Positions 12,759-25,600 of a stretch of 64,000 nucleotides of DNA are shown here, in pieces. The notes beneath the pieces are model-generated. The model did not search any database and was not told where the DNA came from. It saw only the letters and a program-made list of their open reading frames with translations. This DNA is from Phaeosaccion multiseriatum. Its lineage: Eukaryota > Protista > Ochrophyta, other classes. The number at the start of each line of letters is the position of its first letter. Position 1 is the first letter of the stretch. Position numbers and translations under genes: made by a program. Location of the stretch: positions 4,216,001 to 4,280,000 of the forward strand of contig OZ218952.1 in NCBI GenBank assembly GCA_965112735.1, in the 5' to 3' direction.

Positions 12759-13735
12759 GAGATGGAGAGAGAAAGAGAGAGAGAGAATGGGAGAGCGAGC
12801 GAGGGGGGGGGGGAAGTGGGGGGTGGGGGTGTGGTGGCGGAGGGGGAGAAGAAAGGCGCAAGGAACGGAAGAGGGCACAGGCACCAGCTGAAATTGTGGC
12901 TTGACTGAGTGAGGGAGTCCCCACCCACCCACCCCCGTCACCCATGCGCACAGCCGGGCTCTGCTGTTCTTCTGCCGTGTGGCGTTGGCGCTTTCATTGG
13001 GAGGCCAGCAACCTTCCTTGCATGGCTCGGAGACAAGAAGTTTCCGTGGTCAAGATCGAGATCGAGATTGAGGTTGCTCTCTCCTCGCACTGTCCGGCCC
13101 TCTTCCACCACCTCAGAAGAGCACTGCATGCAGAGGACTGCAAGCAGAGGACTGCAAGTAGAGCACACCTCCCATTGAGCAACCGAAACCCTCGGCTCGG
13201 GGCAGAGTCTTACCGCGGGCAGCGACACGGCAACGACAGCGTGTCTACAGAGGAGTGGCAGCGCTGTCGGTCAGCAGGAGCCGTTTTTTTATTGGATTTA
13301 CAGAGTCTGATGGTATCCGGTCTTGGTCACCAGCAGGTTCAACTTGAAGTTGGGGTTGGCTCGGTGATACTTCAAGATGCTTGACGGGGGTAGTAGGCTT
13401 GCTTCCTACGCCACGGGGCCCGCAGCGCTCGTCTGGGGGTCAACTCTGTACCGTTCATCTTGCCCGTTCAAGTGTCAACCCTCGAGAACACCATGGACAT
13501 ACACTTGATCAATGAACCGGTAAGATCAACGGAAAGGACGTCAGCCGTCCCAGACGAGCGCTTGGAGGGCAGGACCGGCAGCAGAAGTGGAGCAGCAGTT
13601 AGTGATACGGCAGCAGTAGTCGCAGCAGCAGCAGCAGCAGCAGCAGTTGGTGGTACACAGCAGCGGCAGTCATGTCCCGTGGAGGGGAGGCGGATTGAGG
13701 CGGATGGATGACGTCAGAGTGAGTCGCCCCCCTCG

Positions 13736-13793
13736 AGATAGACGGCAACAAGCTCCGGCGCACCAGATAGACGGCAACAAGCTCCGGCGCACC
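13736..13793. repeat. Perfect 29-bp tandem duplication
   Basis: AGATAGACGGCAACAAGCTCCGGCGCACC x2. Confidence 0.9.
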
Positions 13794-14611
13794 CCTCGTT
13801 CCTCCTTAGGGAGCTGCTGCGCTAGCTTGGAGTCGTGCCACTGTTGATATCGGAAGTTTAACATGGTCGGCACGGCACAGTTGCGAAATGAAGAGCGGTG
13901 GAAAGGTCTCCCCTTCCTGCTCTCCACTCCAGCCCTGCCCTGCTGATCTTTATTCACTTACACCCCTTTGGGTCTCTATAACTGATCAGCGATTTTCTCC
14001 TCTGTTGTCTTCCTCTTGGTCTCCCCTGCCTGTGCTAGAAAGAAGCAAGTCGCCACGTTTGGGAAGGTCCTCCCTCTCTTCTCCTTGCTACCTGCCCTAC
14101 CCCCTGCCCGCACCTATTCTTACTTTCTTTTCGTTTTCGTTTCCCTTCTCTTCCCTTCCCTTCTCTTCCCTTTTCTTCTCTCTTCGCCCGCTAGCATCCG
14201 CACATGGCATATGCACGTGCACTCTTGTTGCTGTTTGCTGCGCTTTTCTCCAGTGATCGACCTAGGTGGCACCCCTTTAATGCCGAAGATGCCTCCTCCT
14301 ACCACCTTCTTTCCACACTTTGTTGGTTCCTGCCGCAGCTAGCTCCAGCTCTGTCGATACCCACTAATGTAGTATGTACAGCATGATTCAGTCCCTTGCA
14401 CACCAAGTCAAGGAGGCCCTCGAGCAAGGCCGTGCGTGGAGAGAGAGAAGCGAAGCGAAGCAACGCAAAACAAAGCCTTACCTCTTACTCCTTTGCCCTC
14501 CGCCCTCCGCCCAACACCAGAAAATCTTTCACCCCCCAACCTCCACCCTCCTTTCTGCTTCACTCTTTCAGTCTTCCAGCCTCCCCTCGGGCCCCTCCTC
14601 TCCTTCCCTCC

Positions 14612-14775
14612 GTCCTTCCTTCCTTCCCTCCCCCCCTCCTTCCTTCCTTCCTTCCTTCCTTCCTTCCTTCCTTCCTTCCTTCCTTCCTTCCTTCCTTCCT
14701 TCCTTCCTTCCTTCCTTCCTTCCTTCCTTCCTTCCTTCCTGCCCTCCTTCCTTCCTTCCTTCCTTTCCTTCCTTC
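14612..14775. repeat. (CCTT)n microsatellite just downstream of the CTL stop codon
   Basis: Seen directly in the sequence. Confidence 0.95.
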
Positions 14776-14789
14776 CTTTTTTCTCCCCT

Positions 14790-17700
14790 TCAAGCCTCCA
14801 GCTTCTCCCCCTCCTCTGCCGGCGCTATCTTGCCCTTCCCGTGGGTGGCCTGTACATCCTTATTGGTCTGCTCGATGGTGTTGGTCAGACCCCCCTCGCC
14901 GTAACGGTCCTCCGGGGGGAACATCTCCTCATCCGCGATGAAGCACATGAGGATTGTCGAGATGGCCACTCCGAACACCTTTATCATGAAGAGAAGCAAG
15001 AGCGAAGCGAAGCAAAGCACATGAAGACCGAGAAGCTAAAGGGAAGCAAAGAAGCGAGGAAACAAAGCAATGGGAGGCGAAAAAGACTACGCGAACGCAA
15101 AAAGAAGTGCGGCCCGTCAGGTTGGGGTGCGAGGGAGGGCTGTCAGCTCTGACAATCCCCCCAGTGCTTCCATCGCTGTCCTACCGCTTTGCTCCAATCC
15201 CATTTCCTCCCTCCCTCCCTCCCTCTCTCTCTCTCCCTCCCTCCCTCTCTCCCTCCCTCCCTCTCTCTCTCTCTCTCTCCCTCCCTCCCTCCCTCCCTCC
15301 CTCCCTCCCTCCCTCCCTCCCTCCCTCCCTCCCTCCGCTCCCTCCCTCCGCTCCCTCCCTCCCTCCCTCCCTCCCTCCCTCCCTCCCTCCCTCCCTCCCT
15401 CCCTCCCTCCCTCCCTCTCTCCCTCCCTCCCTCCCTCCCTCCCTCCCTCCCTCCCTCCCTCCCTCCCTCCCTCCCTCCCTCCCTCCCTCCCTCCCTCTCC
15501 CCCGCCCTCCCTCCCACTTCCCTTCTTCTCCCGTCCCTCTCTCCCGTCCCTCTCTCCGTCCCTCTCCCTCCCTCTCCCTCCCTCCCTCCCTCCCTCCCTC
15601 CCTCCCTCCCTCCCTCCCTCCCTCCCTCCCTCCCTCCCTCCCTCCCTCCCTCCCTCTCTCCCTCCCCTCCGTCCCCTCCCTCTGCGCATCACTCACCCCG
15701 GTGAACATCTTGGCCACAAACATGGAGAGGATCCAAACGACAATGGTGATGCCGATGAGGCCGTGGAGACTGTCGGCCATGGAGGCGTCAGCCGCGAGGT
15801 AGAATATGAACGCAGTCGCCAGCGGAATCATAACCTGAGGAGGAATCAAGTAGTCAAAAGTAGGAGTAGAGGCATATGGGGGAGGGTGGGAGGGTTAGTT
15901 CGCTAGGATAAGGGGAGGGGCAAGCGCTCGCTTTGTCCTGGTCCGTCCTCTCTCTTCCCCTCCTTTGTTCGTGCTGGATGGAGACTAATAATCTGGAGCT
16001 GAAACTCTCGTTCCCTTGACCCATGGTTGGCCAATTGCAGTGCGAGTGCCAATGCCGACGGCAGGGTCTCCCTCCTTTTGATCTCTCTCTGTCACTCATA
16101 CTCTCTCTCTCTCTCTCCGTCCCTCTATTTCTCTTTCACTCTATCTCTCTCTCTCCCTCTCTCTCCCTCTCTCTCCCGCCCTCTCTCCCCCTCTCACCCT
16201 CTCTCTGTCTCCCTCTCCCTCTCTCTCTTTCTCGTTCTCCCCCTCCCCACTCTCTCACCTTTCCGAGAATGCACACAACCTCGGAAACCATGGAAACGGC
16301 AGCGACGCGCAGAATGTTCCGCGTAATGAGGAAGAAGGCCTTCCTTGCCGCCTTGCAGAAGCTGTAACCGAACATCGCAGTTTGAATCTGAGAACGGGGG
16401 AGGGGGGGGAGGGGGTTGGATGGCGGGTGAGAGAGTAGAGCATGCAGAAAACGGTCAAGCACACTCCCGCACTCAAGCAATCACACACTCACGCCCTCGC
16501 GTCCTCACGCACCACACCTTCCCTTACTCCCCACAATCATCTCACTCATTCAAGGCACTCACGTATGCGTTCTTGTTGAGGAATTTCATGCACTTTTCGA
16601 GGCACCAAAGGCAGCACTGCACGCAGCACAGAATCATCTGGATGATCTTGTTCTTGGAGTCCTTGGCCTTCTTTTGAAAGTAGGCCACAATGGCGCGGAT
16701 GGTCTTGATAATGGCAATGATGAGCGATCCGAAAGCCGCGGTGCCGCAGTGGTAGAAGCTGCTCACTTTGACGGAGCGGACGACCGTTTGGTTTCCAATC
16801 TCGCCCTTGTCTCTGCAAAAGTACCACATGGAGACAGACATGGCCACGATAATCTGCCCCAGCGCCACGATGAACTCGGATGTCCAGTAATAGCAGAAGA
16901 GCAGGAACAGGCCTGCGTAGCGCATGTTGTCGTCGTACGTGAACACCTGTTTGCAGGTGCGTGCGTGTGTGCATGCGTGCGGTGGGAGCGAGGGAGCGAG
17001 GAGGCAGGTGTTCGGCCAGGTTTGGTGGGGGTGGGAGGGGAGGGAGAAGGAAGGGTGAGGGGTGAGGGAGAATGGAGTGTAAGCAAGCGTACATGGTAGA
17101 GTATGATCCGGGGGCAGGCGAAAGAGAGAGGTGGGGAGTGGGAGTGGATGCCGCCGAAAAGACCACAAGCTCGGGGCAGAGCAGAGAATCCCATTCATGC
17201 GCCCCCCCCCCCGCCCACCCTTCTACCCTCCCACCCTCCCCGTGTTTTCTCCTTCTATGACCTCTCCTCGCTCCATGAAAATCCCACGCCCGCCACTCCT
17301 CTCCACTTACCTTAATGGGTAGGCCATTGTAGGTCCCCGCCTCGATGTTTCCGGCCGACGCCAGGTAAATGGTGTAGATGAACCAGGGTACGAGGAAGAA
17401 GAGGAGGCCGAGGGACTGAATGACGGGGAAGAGCATGATGAGCTTCATGGCGTTGACAGCCCTGGCCGCCTCTTTGGTAATGCCAATGGCGAGAAGAATG
17501 CGCTTACGTAGCCAGAGCATGAGGCACATGTGCAGAAAGGCGCATCCGTAGAGGGCATATCCGAGGTACTCGCAGCCCTGAATCGCCGTGTCAGAGTGCG
17601 ATTTTGGCTCCTCTTCATTCGCCCATGAGCCCGCCGTGCTGATCAGCATTGTGCCTCCGGCCAGAAACAGGACGAGAATAGACCCCACAAGTGCCCAAAT

Positions 17701-18405
17701 GATGAAGGCGAGGACCCCCGGGATGCGCATAAAGAGGAGGAACGCAAACCCCATCACCATGGCAAAGAAAACGCCAAAGCCCATGATCAGATACTTGGCC
17801 GTGAAGAGGTCAGCCGTGAATTCGTCGAACCAGTCGGAGGCGCCTTCAGACACTGTACCATTAAAGGTAGTATTCACATTGGCCGAGACTGCCATGTTGA
17901 GGGCCGAGTTTTCAGCCGTGTCCAGAGCCTCGTTGAGCACGCAGTAGTTCAAAATGTCGGTGGTGTTGAGCTTCACCAGGCAGTTGCCGGCCGCCATCTG
18001 AGTGTAGCCCTCCGTCGTGTCGTACACGAGGGTCACGTTGTTATAGACGTCGGGCATGACGCTGTCTATGCAAATAAACTCCTCGTAGTTCTCTATCTCG
18101 GGGCAGGTTTCCACACACACGCCCTGCGTGCCAATATAATACAATTTCGACTTGTCCTCCACCCCGGCGCTGACTCCACAGATGCGGCCGGCATAGTCGA
18201 TGCCGTTGAGCAGCCTCGCTGGATTTCCGGCGGGGAGGCTATCGTCCGCGATGACTCCCGTCACAATGAGGCCCAAAAATGTCATGGCGCACCAGGTAAG
18301 CACGAGCAGCAGAATAAAGAGGACATCCGTGCACTTGCGATCGCCATCGACCTTAAAGTCGGGGGTTCCCTCCAGCTTCTCGTTATCCTCGTGATCATCC
18401 CCCAT
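14790..18405 (-). CDS. Choline transporter-like protein (CTL/SLC44 family); 5 exons
   Basis: Exons 18405-17311, 16946-16563, 16387-16259, 15834-15697 and 14978-14790 join in frame. Motifs: RKCTDVLF, GIDYAGRICG, RKRILLAI, YHCGTAAFGSLIIA, CLEKCMKFLNKNAYIQTA, FCKAARKAF, TILMCFIADEE. Confidence 0.95.
15206..15670. repeat. (CCCT)n/(GGGA)n microsatellite filling most of the last CTL intron
   Basis: Seen directly in the sequence. Confidence 0.95.
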
Positions 18406-18594
18406 CTTGCTGCTGTCTCTGGTGCCCAGGGGACTGCTGCCGCTGGCTATTGTTATGCTGTGCTTGCTCCTGCCCTCCTCCGCTTCGGCGTTTCCTCGTT
18501 TGAAACTGTCATTTATTGACTTAGTAGGGACCTCTCGCCCGTTTCCCCTTCATCCTGTACCTCTCTTGACGAGAGCCCAGACTGGGCGTCGTCC

Positions 18595-18647
<53 letters not shown>
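18406..18647. promoter_or_regulatory. Putative bidirectional promoter with a (GA)n tract abutting the ankyrin-gene ATG
   Basis: 242 bp between divergent ATGs (18405 - and 18648 +); (GA)n at about 18596-18647. Confidence 0.5.
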
Positions 18648-18651
<4 letters not shown>

Positions 18652-18886
18652 GTTGTGCTGCTTCAGCGAAAGCTGTCCGGCCAGAGGGTTTCCTCCATGC
18701 AAGTGAGGGTGCGACAAAGGTTCAGCCATTGGCGCCCCAATGCACCACGCAGGGCCACCCGGAGGACAAGGAAACTGCGGATGGAAAGCTGAGTGCGCAG
18801 GAATGCCCGCAGGAGGAGAAGGAGGCTACTGATGTAAAGCTGAGTGAGTCAGCCCAGCCTTCTCCCGCTGCCGCTGGGGCTGGTGG

Positions 18887-18938
<52 letters not shown>

Positions 18939-20938
18939 CCACCACCAGCAGCAGAACCAGCAGCAGCAGAACCAACAGCAGAAGCAGCAGCACCAGTAGG
19001 ACCAGCACCAACGCCATCAGAACCAGAAGCAGAAGCAGAAGCTACTGCAGCAGCAACAGCAGCAGCAGCAACAAGTTTGGTCGACAGTGAGGAGGAGGGG
19101 GGCAAGGGGTGCAGCACCGGCGACCGACATGGGATGATTTCTTCCATGGCCCTGGCCACAGTCAACGCAGCAGTGAGCGCAGGCCTGAAGGATCATGAAC
19201 AGCGGAAACCGGGACGGGAGGCGAATCACGTCGTGGAGGAGAGCGGGCTGATTGTCCGGACTCCCTCTCTCCTTGGGCGGAAGTCGCTGATAACGGCGAC
19301 GAAGAACGGAGATGTAGAAGCGGTCTCTAGCGTTCTGTGTCGGCTGGGGGGGGTGGGGGGAAGGATGGCAGCAGGGGCGCTGGTGGAAGCAAGGGCAGAT
19401 CACTACAGGGAAAACAGCAGCCGGAGGGAAAGGAGTTTGAGTGTTATCTGGAGGAGAGAGGAATGTGGAACAACACACCCTTACTCCTCGCCCTTCAGTA
19501 CCACCACGTCGAAATCGCCGACCTTCTCATCAAGGCCGGGGCTGACTGCAACGCCGTCAATGAACGAGGCGCCGCCCCCCTCCTCTACGCGTGCTTGGAA
19601 GGCCTGTCCACCCAGGCAGCTGATCTCATTGAGCGAGGAGCAGTAGTGGACCCAACCCTCACGGCCTTGGTGTATCACAAGGCCACCGACAGCAATGGAC
19701 ACATGACGCCCCTGCTCGCAGCCGCCGTCGGAGGACACACTGAAATCGTCGCCAGTCTTCTCAGGGCTGGGGCTGACGTGAACCGGGTCGTTGTGTCTGA
19801 GAAGAAGCAGAAGCAGCAAGCGCGTGTGGATGCAACAGCAGCAGCAGCAGCAGCAGCAGCGGCAGGAGGAGGAGGAGGAGGAGAGAAGGCTGATGGACGA
19901 CAGGGGGTGCCATCGACAGCCTCCGTCGGGCTGACGGCACTGATGGGAGCGAGTGAGTACGGACACTTGGAAGTCGTGCGTTGCCTCCTCCAGCACGGCG
20001 CATGTGTGCACTACACGAATGACGATGGGAGTCACGCCCTTCACCTCTCTGCGAAGAAGGGTTGGGAGGAGATTGGTGTGGCTCTGTTGGAGCACATTTC
20101 AAGCTCCCGTCCCGCCACAGCAGCAGCAGCCACCCCCAGCAGCGGCGAGCAGGGGAAAGGTGGGACAGAGGTCACAGCGGAGGAAGAGGAAGAAGGTATG
20201 GCAGGGACAGGCACAGCAGCAGCAGTAGGAGGAGGAGGAGCCACAGTAGCACAAGCGAAAGACGTGGTTGCATTTGCCAGCGCCCCGAACGACAAAGGCT
20301 CTACTCCTCTGCACCTCGCCTCCTTGTATAACCTCCCCCTTCTCTTGACCAAGCTGCTGGACCTGGGTGTACATGCCGACCCTAGAGACCTTCGAGGCGT
20401 TACGCCTTTGCTCTACGCTTGTCAAAACCCGGGCTCTACGGGTATTGCAAGCACCCTGCTCGCTGCGGGGGCAGACTCTACAGCTGTGGACAAGCATGGG
20501 CGGACTCCGCTAGCAGCTGCGACGAGGTCGAGATCTCGTTTATCATCTTCTCTCGGACACAAAGACATGGTAGCCATACTCCTGGAAGCGAGTGAGAAGA
20601 AGAAAGAGGAGGACAAGAGGAAGCAGTCTAACAAGGGAATGGGCAAGGGCAAGAGCACGAGTACACTGTCTACAGGGAAAGTGTCTCAGGGAAGGAATGG
20701 GGAGCAAGCGCACGAGGAGGAGAAGGAGGAGGTGGAGGAGGAGGATTGGAAGGATGAGCAGGGCGAGCAGGAGAATGAGCGGGGCTCTCGTCAGGGCACA
20801 AGTGTCGTCGCTGATGAGTCGTATCAGACCGTACGGGGCAGCAAGGTGATTAGGGTGGAGGAGTACGATGCCGCCCGCAAGAAGAACTACCTCAGCAGTG
20901 CGATGGAGGAGGAAGGCGCCTCGGAGACCGACGAATAG
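18648..20938 (+). CDS. Ankyrin-repeat protein with N-terminal MGCxxS (myristoylation/palmitoylation); apparent frameshift near 19335-19360
   Basis: ORF 18648 begins MGCAASAK and reaches the repeat-like SLITATKNGDVEAV. ORF 19337-20938 has multiple ankyrin repeats (TPLLLA, TPLLAAAVGGH, TALMGASEYGH, ALHLSA, TPLHLA, TPLLYA). The frames switch near G8/G6 runs. Confidence 0.8.
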
Positions 20939-21262
20939 CATGCCGACTCGGAACCCCCCCCCCCCCCCCCTTGGACTACGTAAGTATGTGTGTACATTCT
21001 TCCTTCCGAAGAAGTACGATCAGTAAGTGCTACGACGTACCTTAGTTGACAGTGTGTGGAGAGGACCACACTTGTCTTGCGTTTATACTAATAGACTCAT
21101 TCGTGAGATGTAGTCGTTTGTACTCACTCCCGAGAGAATAGCAGAAAACAAGTAGTGGACTCCTTCGACCAAGCACTGAGCAACCCTAAAAAAGGAGAAA
21201 GAAAGAAAAACGCCTTGGATTTGAAAGAAGTGGAGCAAGCCAGGAACTTTCCTTCCACCCTT

Positions 21263-22292
21263 TCACTTCCCACCAGCAGCGACTCGCATCACCACCGTCC
21301 GCCGGTTATGTTCGTCTTCACATGCTTCGACGCCCGGTCTCTCCTGCAAACAGGCCAGCACCGCGGGCTTGAGAAAGCTGACACCGTCCTCGCTGCCTCG
21401 GCCCCGGCCTGTGAAGACTTGGATCTCAGCTCCCGCCTGCTCCCCTGAGAGGACGCGGTAAAGTGCTGCCTTGTTCGTTCGTCTGGCGAAGGGAGCGAGT
21501 GATGGTGTGAGAGAGGCACGAGGCTCATTCGTCTCTTCATTGTCTTGAGGATGGGCTCCCCATCCAGGAACATTCTTCAAGACCTTTCCTCCCCCAGCGT
21601 CATTGTGCGTAGTGAATACCTCGATCATACCTCATTCCTCTCGTTCTCATCTCTGATAACCACAGCTCTAGTGTTGCTCTTCTGCCTTTCTCCCTTTCTT
21701 TCATCCTCGGTGCTGCTGCTGCTTCTTCGAGCTCCTCCTCCTGCTGCTACTTTCTGAGCTGCCCTCTCCTTTCTCCTCTTTCTCCTTTTTTTTTGGCTCC
21801 ATATTGGTCCTTCCACAGCAGAGGATTTCCCTCTACAGGAGATAGAGGCTTCAAGTGCAATGCGCCCACGATGACGAAAAGCAGGAGCACAACCCTCCAG
21901 TTTGTTTGAGCGCGAGTGAAACCGGAGCTGGGAGGCAGCAACGGATTCCCTTCCGCTTCTCTGGCAGAACAGACCCTGTCAGAACATCGACAAGGAGCAC
22001 CATATCCATGCTCCATGTCCATGACCTCGAGTGGGAAACCGCTGGCAAACATCCCTCACAGTTACTAGATGCAGCCGCCCTGAGCAGCAGCCCCCAGAGG
22101 CTTGTTTTATCTTTTCTTCATCTCCTCCCCGCCGCCCAGTTCACGAGTTGCGTACCAGAGGGCGGCTATCACCATTACAGGCGCCATCCTGAAGCAAGTG
22201 GCGGCCAGGCCGAGAGACACGCCCCAATAAAGCGCAAGCAGCAGGAGAGAGAGGCCTACCCAAACCGCCAAATCTATGCTCTTAGTCGCCAT
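21263..22292 (-). pseudogene. Fragmented gene ending in an Smr (small MutS-related) domain-like segment
   Basis: ORF 21628-21263 ends IQVFTGRGRGSEDGVSFLKPAVLACL...EHNRRTVVM, resembling the Smr pattern IITGxGxHS..G..LK..V..L...N.G. Upstream pieces lie in other frames with stops, and there is no clear LDLHG motif. Confidence 0.4.
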
Positions 22293-22613
22293 CGCTGGGG
22301 AGGGAGGAATTGTGTTTTTGCGTGGGGTGTGAGACGAGGTGTATAGCTGTGCAGCTATGGAAATCTAATATTGATACTACAGTAGAGGAGGAGGAGCGAG
22401 CAAGCAAGCGAGCAAGCAAGCGAGCAAAGAAAGGGAGAGGCAATATGTCCATATTGAGAGGCCGACGGTTGTGTGATCACAACTGGCGCCCCCTTTATTC
22501 TACCAACACGTGCACTTGAGTTCATTCTCGCTCCTCGGTGCTTTGTTAGATGCCAAGACCCGCAGTAGAGAGCAGCAGGGGGAGAAGTGAGAGGGTACAT
22601 CCCAGCCTTTAGG

Positions 22614-25600
22614 ATGTCCTCTGTGCGGCAGAGGGATCAACAGCAGAATGCGATCCAGAGGCCGGAGCTGACCAGGCAAAGGCCAAGGCTGCATTTGAAG
22701 CGACGGAGGCCAGGCGGAAAGAAGTTTCTGTCTGCGTGTGTGTGCCTATCGCTGCCGCTCTTCTGTGGATCGTTGAGCCAAGACCGAGGTCTGGGCGAAG
22801 TTCTATTTGGTGGTGCAGCAGACGAGACAGGAAGCCACGCCTCTTGCCTCGGTGACAACGGTTGGGGAGATGTACAGTGTGAGCATGAGTGGCAAAAGAA
22901 GGAAATGCACAGGAAAATTCAAGCCACTACCTACGCCGAGGAGATGAAAGGGGTCGGGGGGGGGGATGCAGAGTGTCCGCCGGAAGGTGGAGGTGGATCT
23001 TTGGATCGCACTTGCCAAGGGCCAGGCCAAGGATCCCCGTTCTCGACTCCGCCTGGGTCGGCGGGACCGCCCACAACTGTTGCTGGGCCCGCGGCATCAA
23101 GCTTCCACACCTCTTTCAAGCCGGGGCTCCCAGCAGACCACATTTGGTCCTCGTGTGAGTACTGCGGTATCGAGGGCTACCGTATTGGGCAGACAGGCGG
23201 ACAAGAGCAGCAGCAAAAGCGGCAAATATGCCCTGCACTCCTGCGAGGAGTCATTTTTGACCCTTACGGAAGTCTCACGCTGCCCCTCCTGCACGGAGCC
23301 GACTACTCTGGTGACGGGGATGGCACAGGTGGAGGAGGCGGCAGCTCAGACTCCGAAAGCGAAGGAAGGGTTGTTACTGCTCATCAGAGCAAGTGGGCCC
23401 ACTTTTACAAACAGGACTCGGCGGAATGTTATCACACGCATAGACTGAGCCGCATACCGGCGGTTGTCACCCAGCAGCGGTTCGATTTGGCTGCTGCTGC
23501 TGGTGCTATTGCTGCTGGTGGTGGTGGTGGGGAAGCCCCATCGAATGCTCTGCAGTGCAACAGGTAGGCAACCGCTGTGTACTTTCCGTTACGTGTGCGC
23601 TTCTTTCACCGCTTCCCTTACTGTCGAGAATGTTGCCTGAGCTTTTCTTCGCTTCTCCTTTATTCCCCGTCTGTCGCATCCCATCATGCTCGCCTCATTC
23701 ATATTCCTCCTCCTCCTCCTCCTCCTCCTCCTCCTCTTCATCTTCTTCTTCCTCCTCCTCCTCCTCCTCCTCCTCCTCCTCCTCCTCCTCCTCCTCCTCC
23801 TCCTCCTCCTCCTCCTCCTCCTCCTCCTCCTCCTCCCCCTCTTTCCTTCTCTTCCTCCTCCTCTGCGCCCCTCAGGTGGATAGAGCGTCCCGTCTTCCTC
23901 ATACATCTGCTCACTTGGCAGGTAAGAGCGCGAGGGCGAGCAGGGAGGAGGGAGGAGGAAGGAGGAGGGAGGCAGACACAAAAGTCAAGTCTTTCTCCTC
24001 AAGAGGAGGGAAGAAGGAAGCAGATCGAGTCAAACCCTTCCACTTCTCACGACTCTCCGACCGAAGATGGTCAGCCTCCCAAACAAGTCGTTAAGCCCAA
24101 CGGGCGAAACGACTCCAGACTGCCGTACTGACCCCCCCCTCCCTTTCTCCCCCCTGTGTGTGCGTGCGTGTGTGTGCGCGCGTGTATGTGTGCATGTGTG
24201 GGCGTGTGTGTGCGTATGTGTGTGTGCGTGCGGGCGCTTGTGTGAGGCAGGTGGGGCACCTTCTGGTCGACGTGCTTGAACCGCTCTATCACTCCATGCT
24301 GAGTGCGTGGGGGGAGGTCAACACGAACGTTACACTCGTGCTTGACGTACACAACCCCGCAGAGAGGCCGGGCCTGCACGAAGCCCTGTTGGAGACCGTC
24401 TATCGCAGTGACACGCCGTTTCAGGTGGGGAGGAAAGAGAGAAGGAGCGGAGGGGAGGGAAGGGGAGGAGTGGGGAGGGAGGGGAGAAGAGAGGGAAGGG
24501 GTGGAAAGGAGAGGATAGAGAGGAGAGGAGAGGAAAGAAGAGCAGACAGGCGGTTCTGACGGGCGGATGGGCGGACCACTTGAGGCGTGTTGTACTTTCT
24601 GTTTGTCTGAGTTACTGTGGCTTGAACCTCTCGTTCAAAGCTTTTCCCAATCGCTTCCCTTCTGTTTTTTTGGTCGACATGCCCACTTCCTCCTCCTCTC
24701 CATCTCACCCATTCCAGGCATAGTTTCAAAGCCCTCCGTTCTTTTAGCTTTTGATTTTTTATCATAGACCTACCCGACATTTATCACAGCAGCCCTGTGA
24801 CCTACTTGCCGTGTCTACCTTTGTCACAGTCCTACCCTGCTTGCCGTACCTCAACACGACTTCTCACTCACCGCTTTCTTTTTCTCTGCGCTGCCGCCTC
24901 ACTGTCTGTGTGTCCCGCCTTCCCCTCCCTCCTTCCCTCCCTCCCTCCCTCCCTCCCCGCCTTCCGTCTCCTTTCTTCCTCCCCTCCCCTCCCTCCGTCC
25001 CCCCCTCCCCCCCTCCCTCTCTTCCCTCCAGCTGCTGCGCGCCTTCACCCGGCACCCCATCCTCAGCCTGTCTTCTCTGGCCCAGGAGGAGGGCCTGACT
25101 TGCTGCAGACACGTGTTCTTTGGTCTCGACGTGTCTTCTTCGTACTACGCCCTGGGGCAAGACGCCCACCCCCGGGTCCTGCAACCTGAGGTGAGCTGTG
25201 TGTGTGTGCCTGTGTGTATGCGTGTCCATGTGCGTTTGTGTGTGTGGGTGTGTGGTTGTGTCCATGTGTGCGTGTCTGTGTGTGTGCGTGTGTGCGTGTG
25301 TGCGCGCGTGCGTGTATGCGTGTGTGTACCCACCCCCACCCTGCCTTGTTCCCCGCCTACCTTTCTGAGACGGGGGCAGACAACCCTTGAGTGACAGAGT
25401 GGCCATGATCCCCCCCTTGTGCGACAGCGAGGTAGCAAGCACCTTCTCGACCAGGACTCACATCGCGCCAAGCGCCCTCCAGCTCTTCCTTCCTTCCTTC
25501 CTTCCTTTCTTTCTTCCTTTCTTCCTTCCTTCCTTCCTTCCTTCCTTCCTTCCTTCCTCCCTTCCTTTCTTCCTTTCTTCCTTCCTTCCTTCCTTCCTCC

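Noticed and set aside
12900-13960. Short ORFs between the DxD gene and CTL
   Set aside because: No recognisable motif, splice model or element ends.
14374-15906. Many PSLP/REGG/PSFL repeat ORFs here and elsewhere
   Set aside because: They are stop-free translations of tetranucleotide microsatellites in introns or UTRs.
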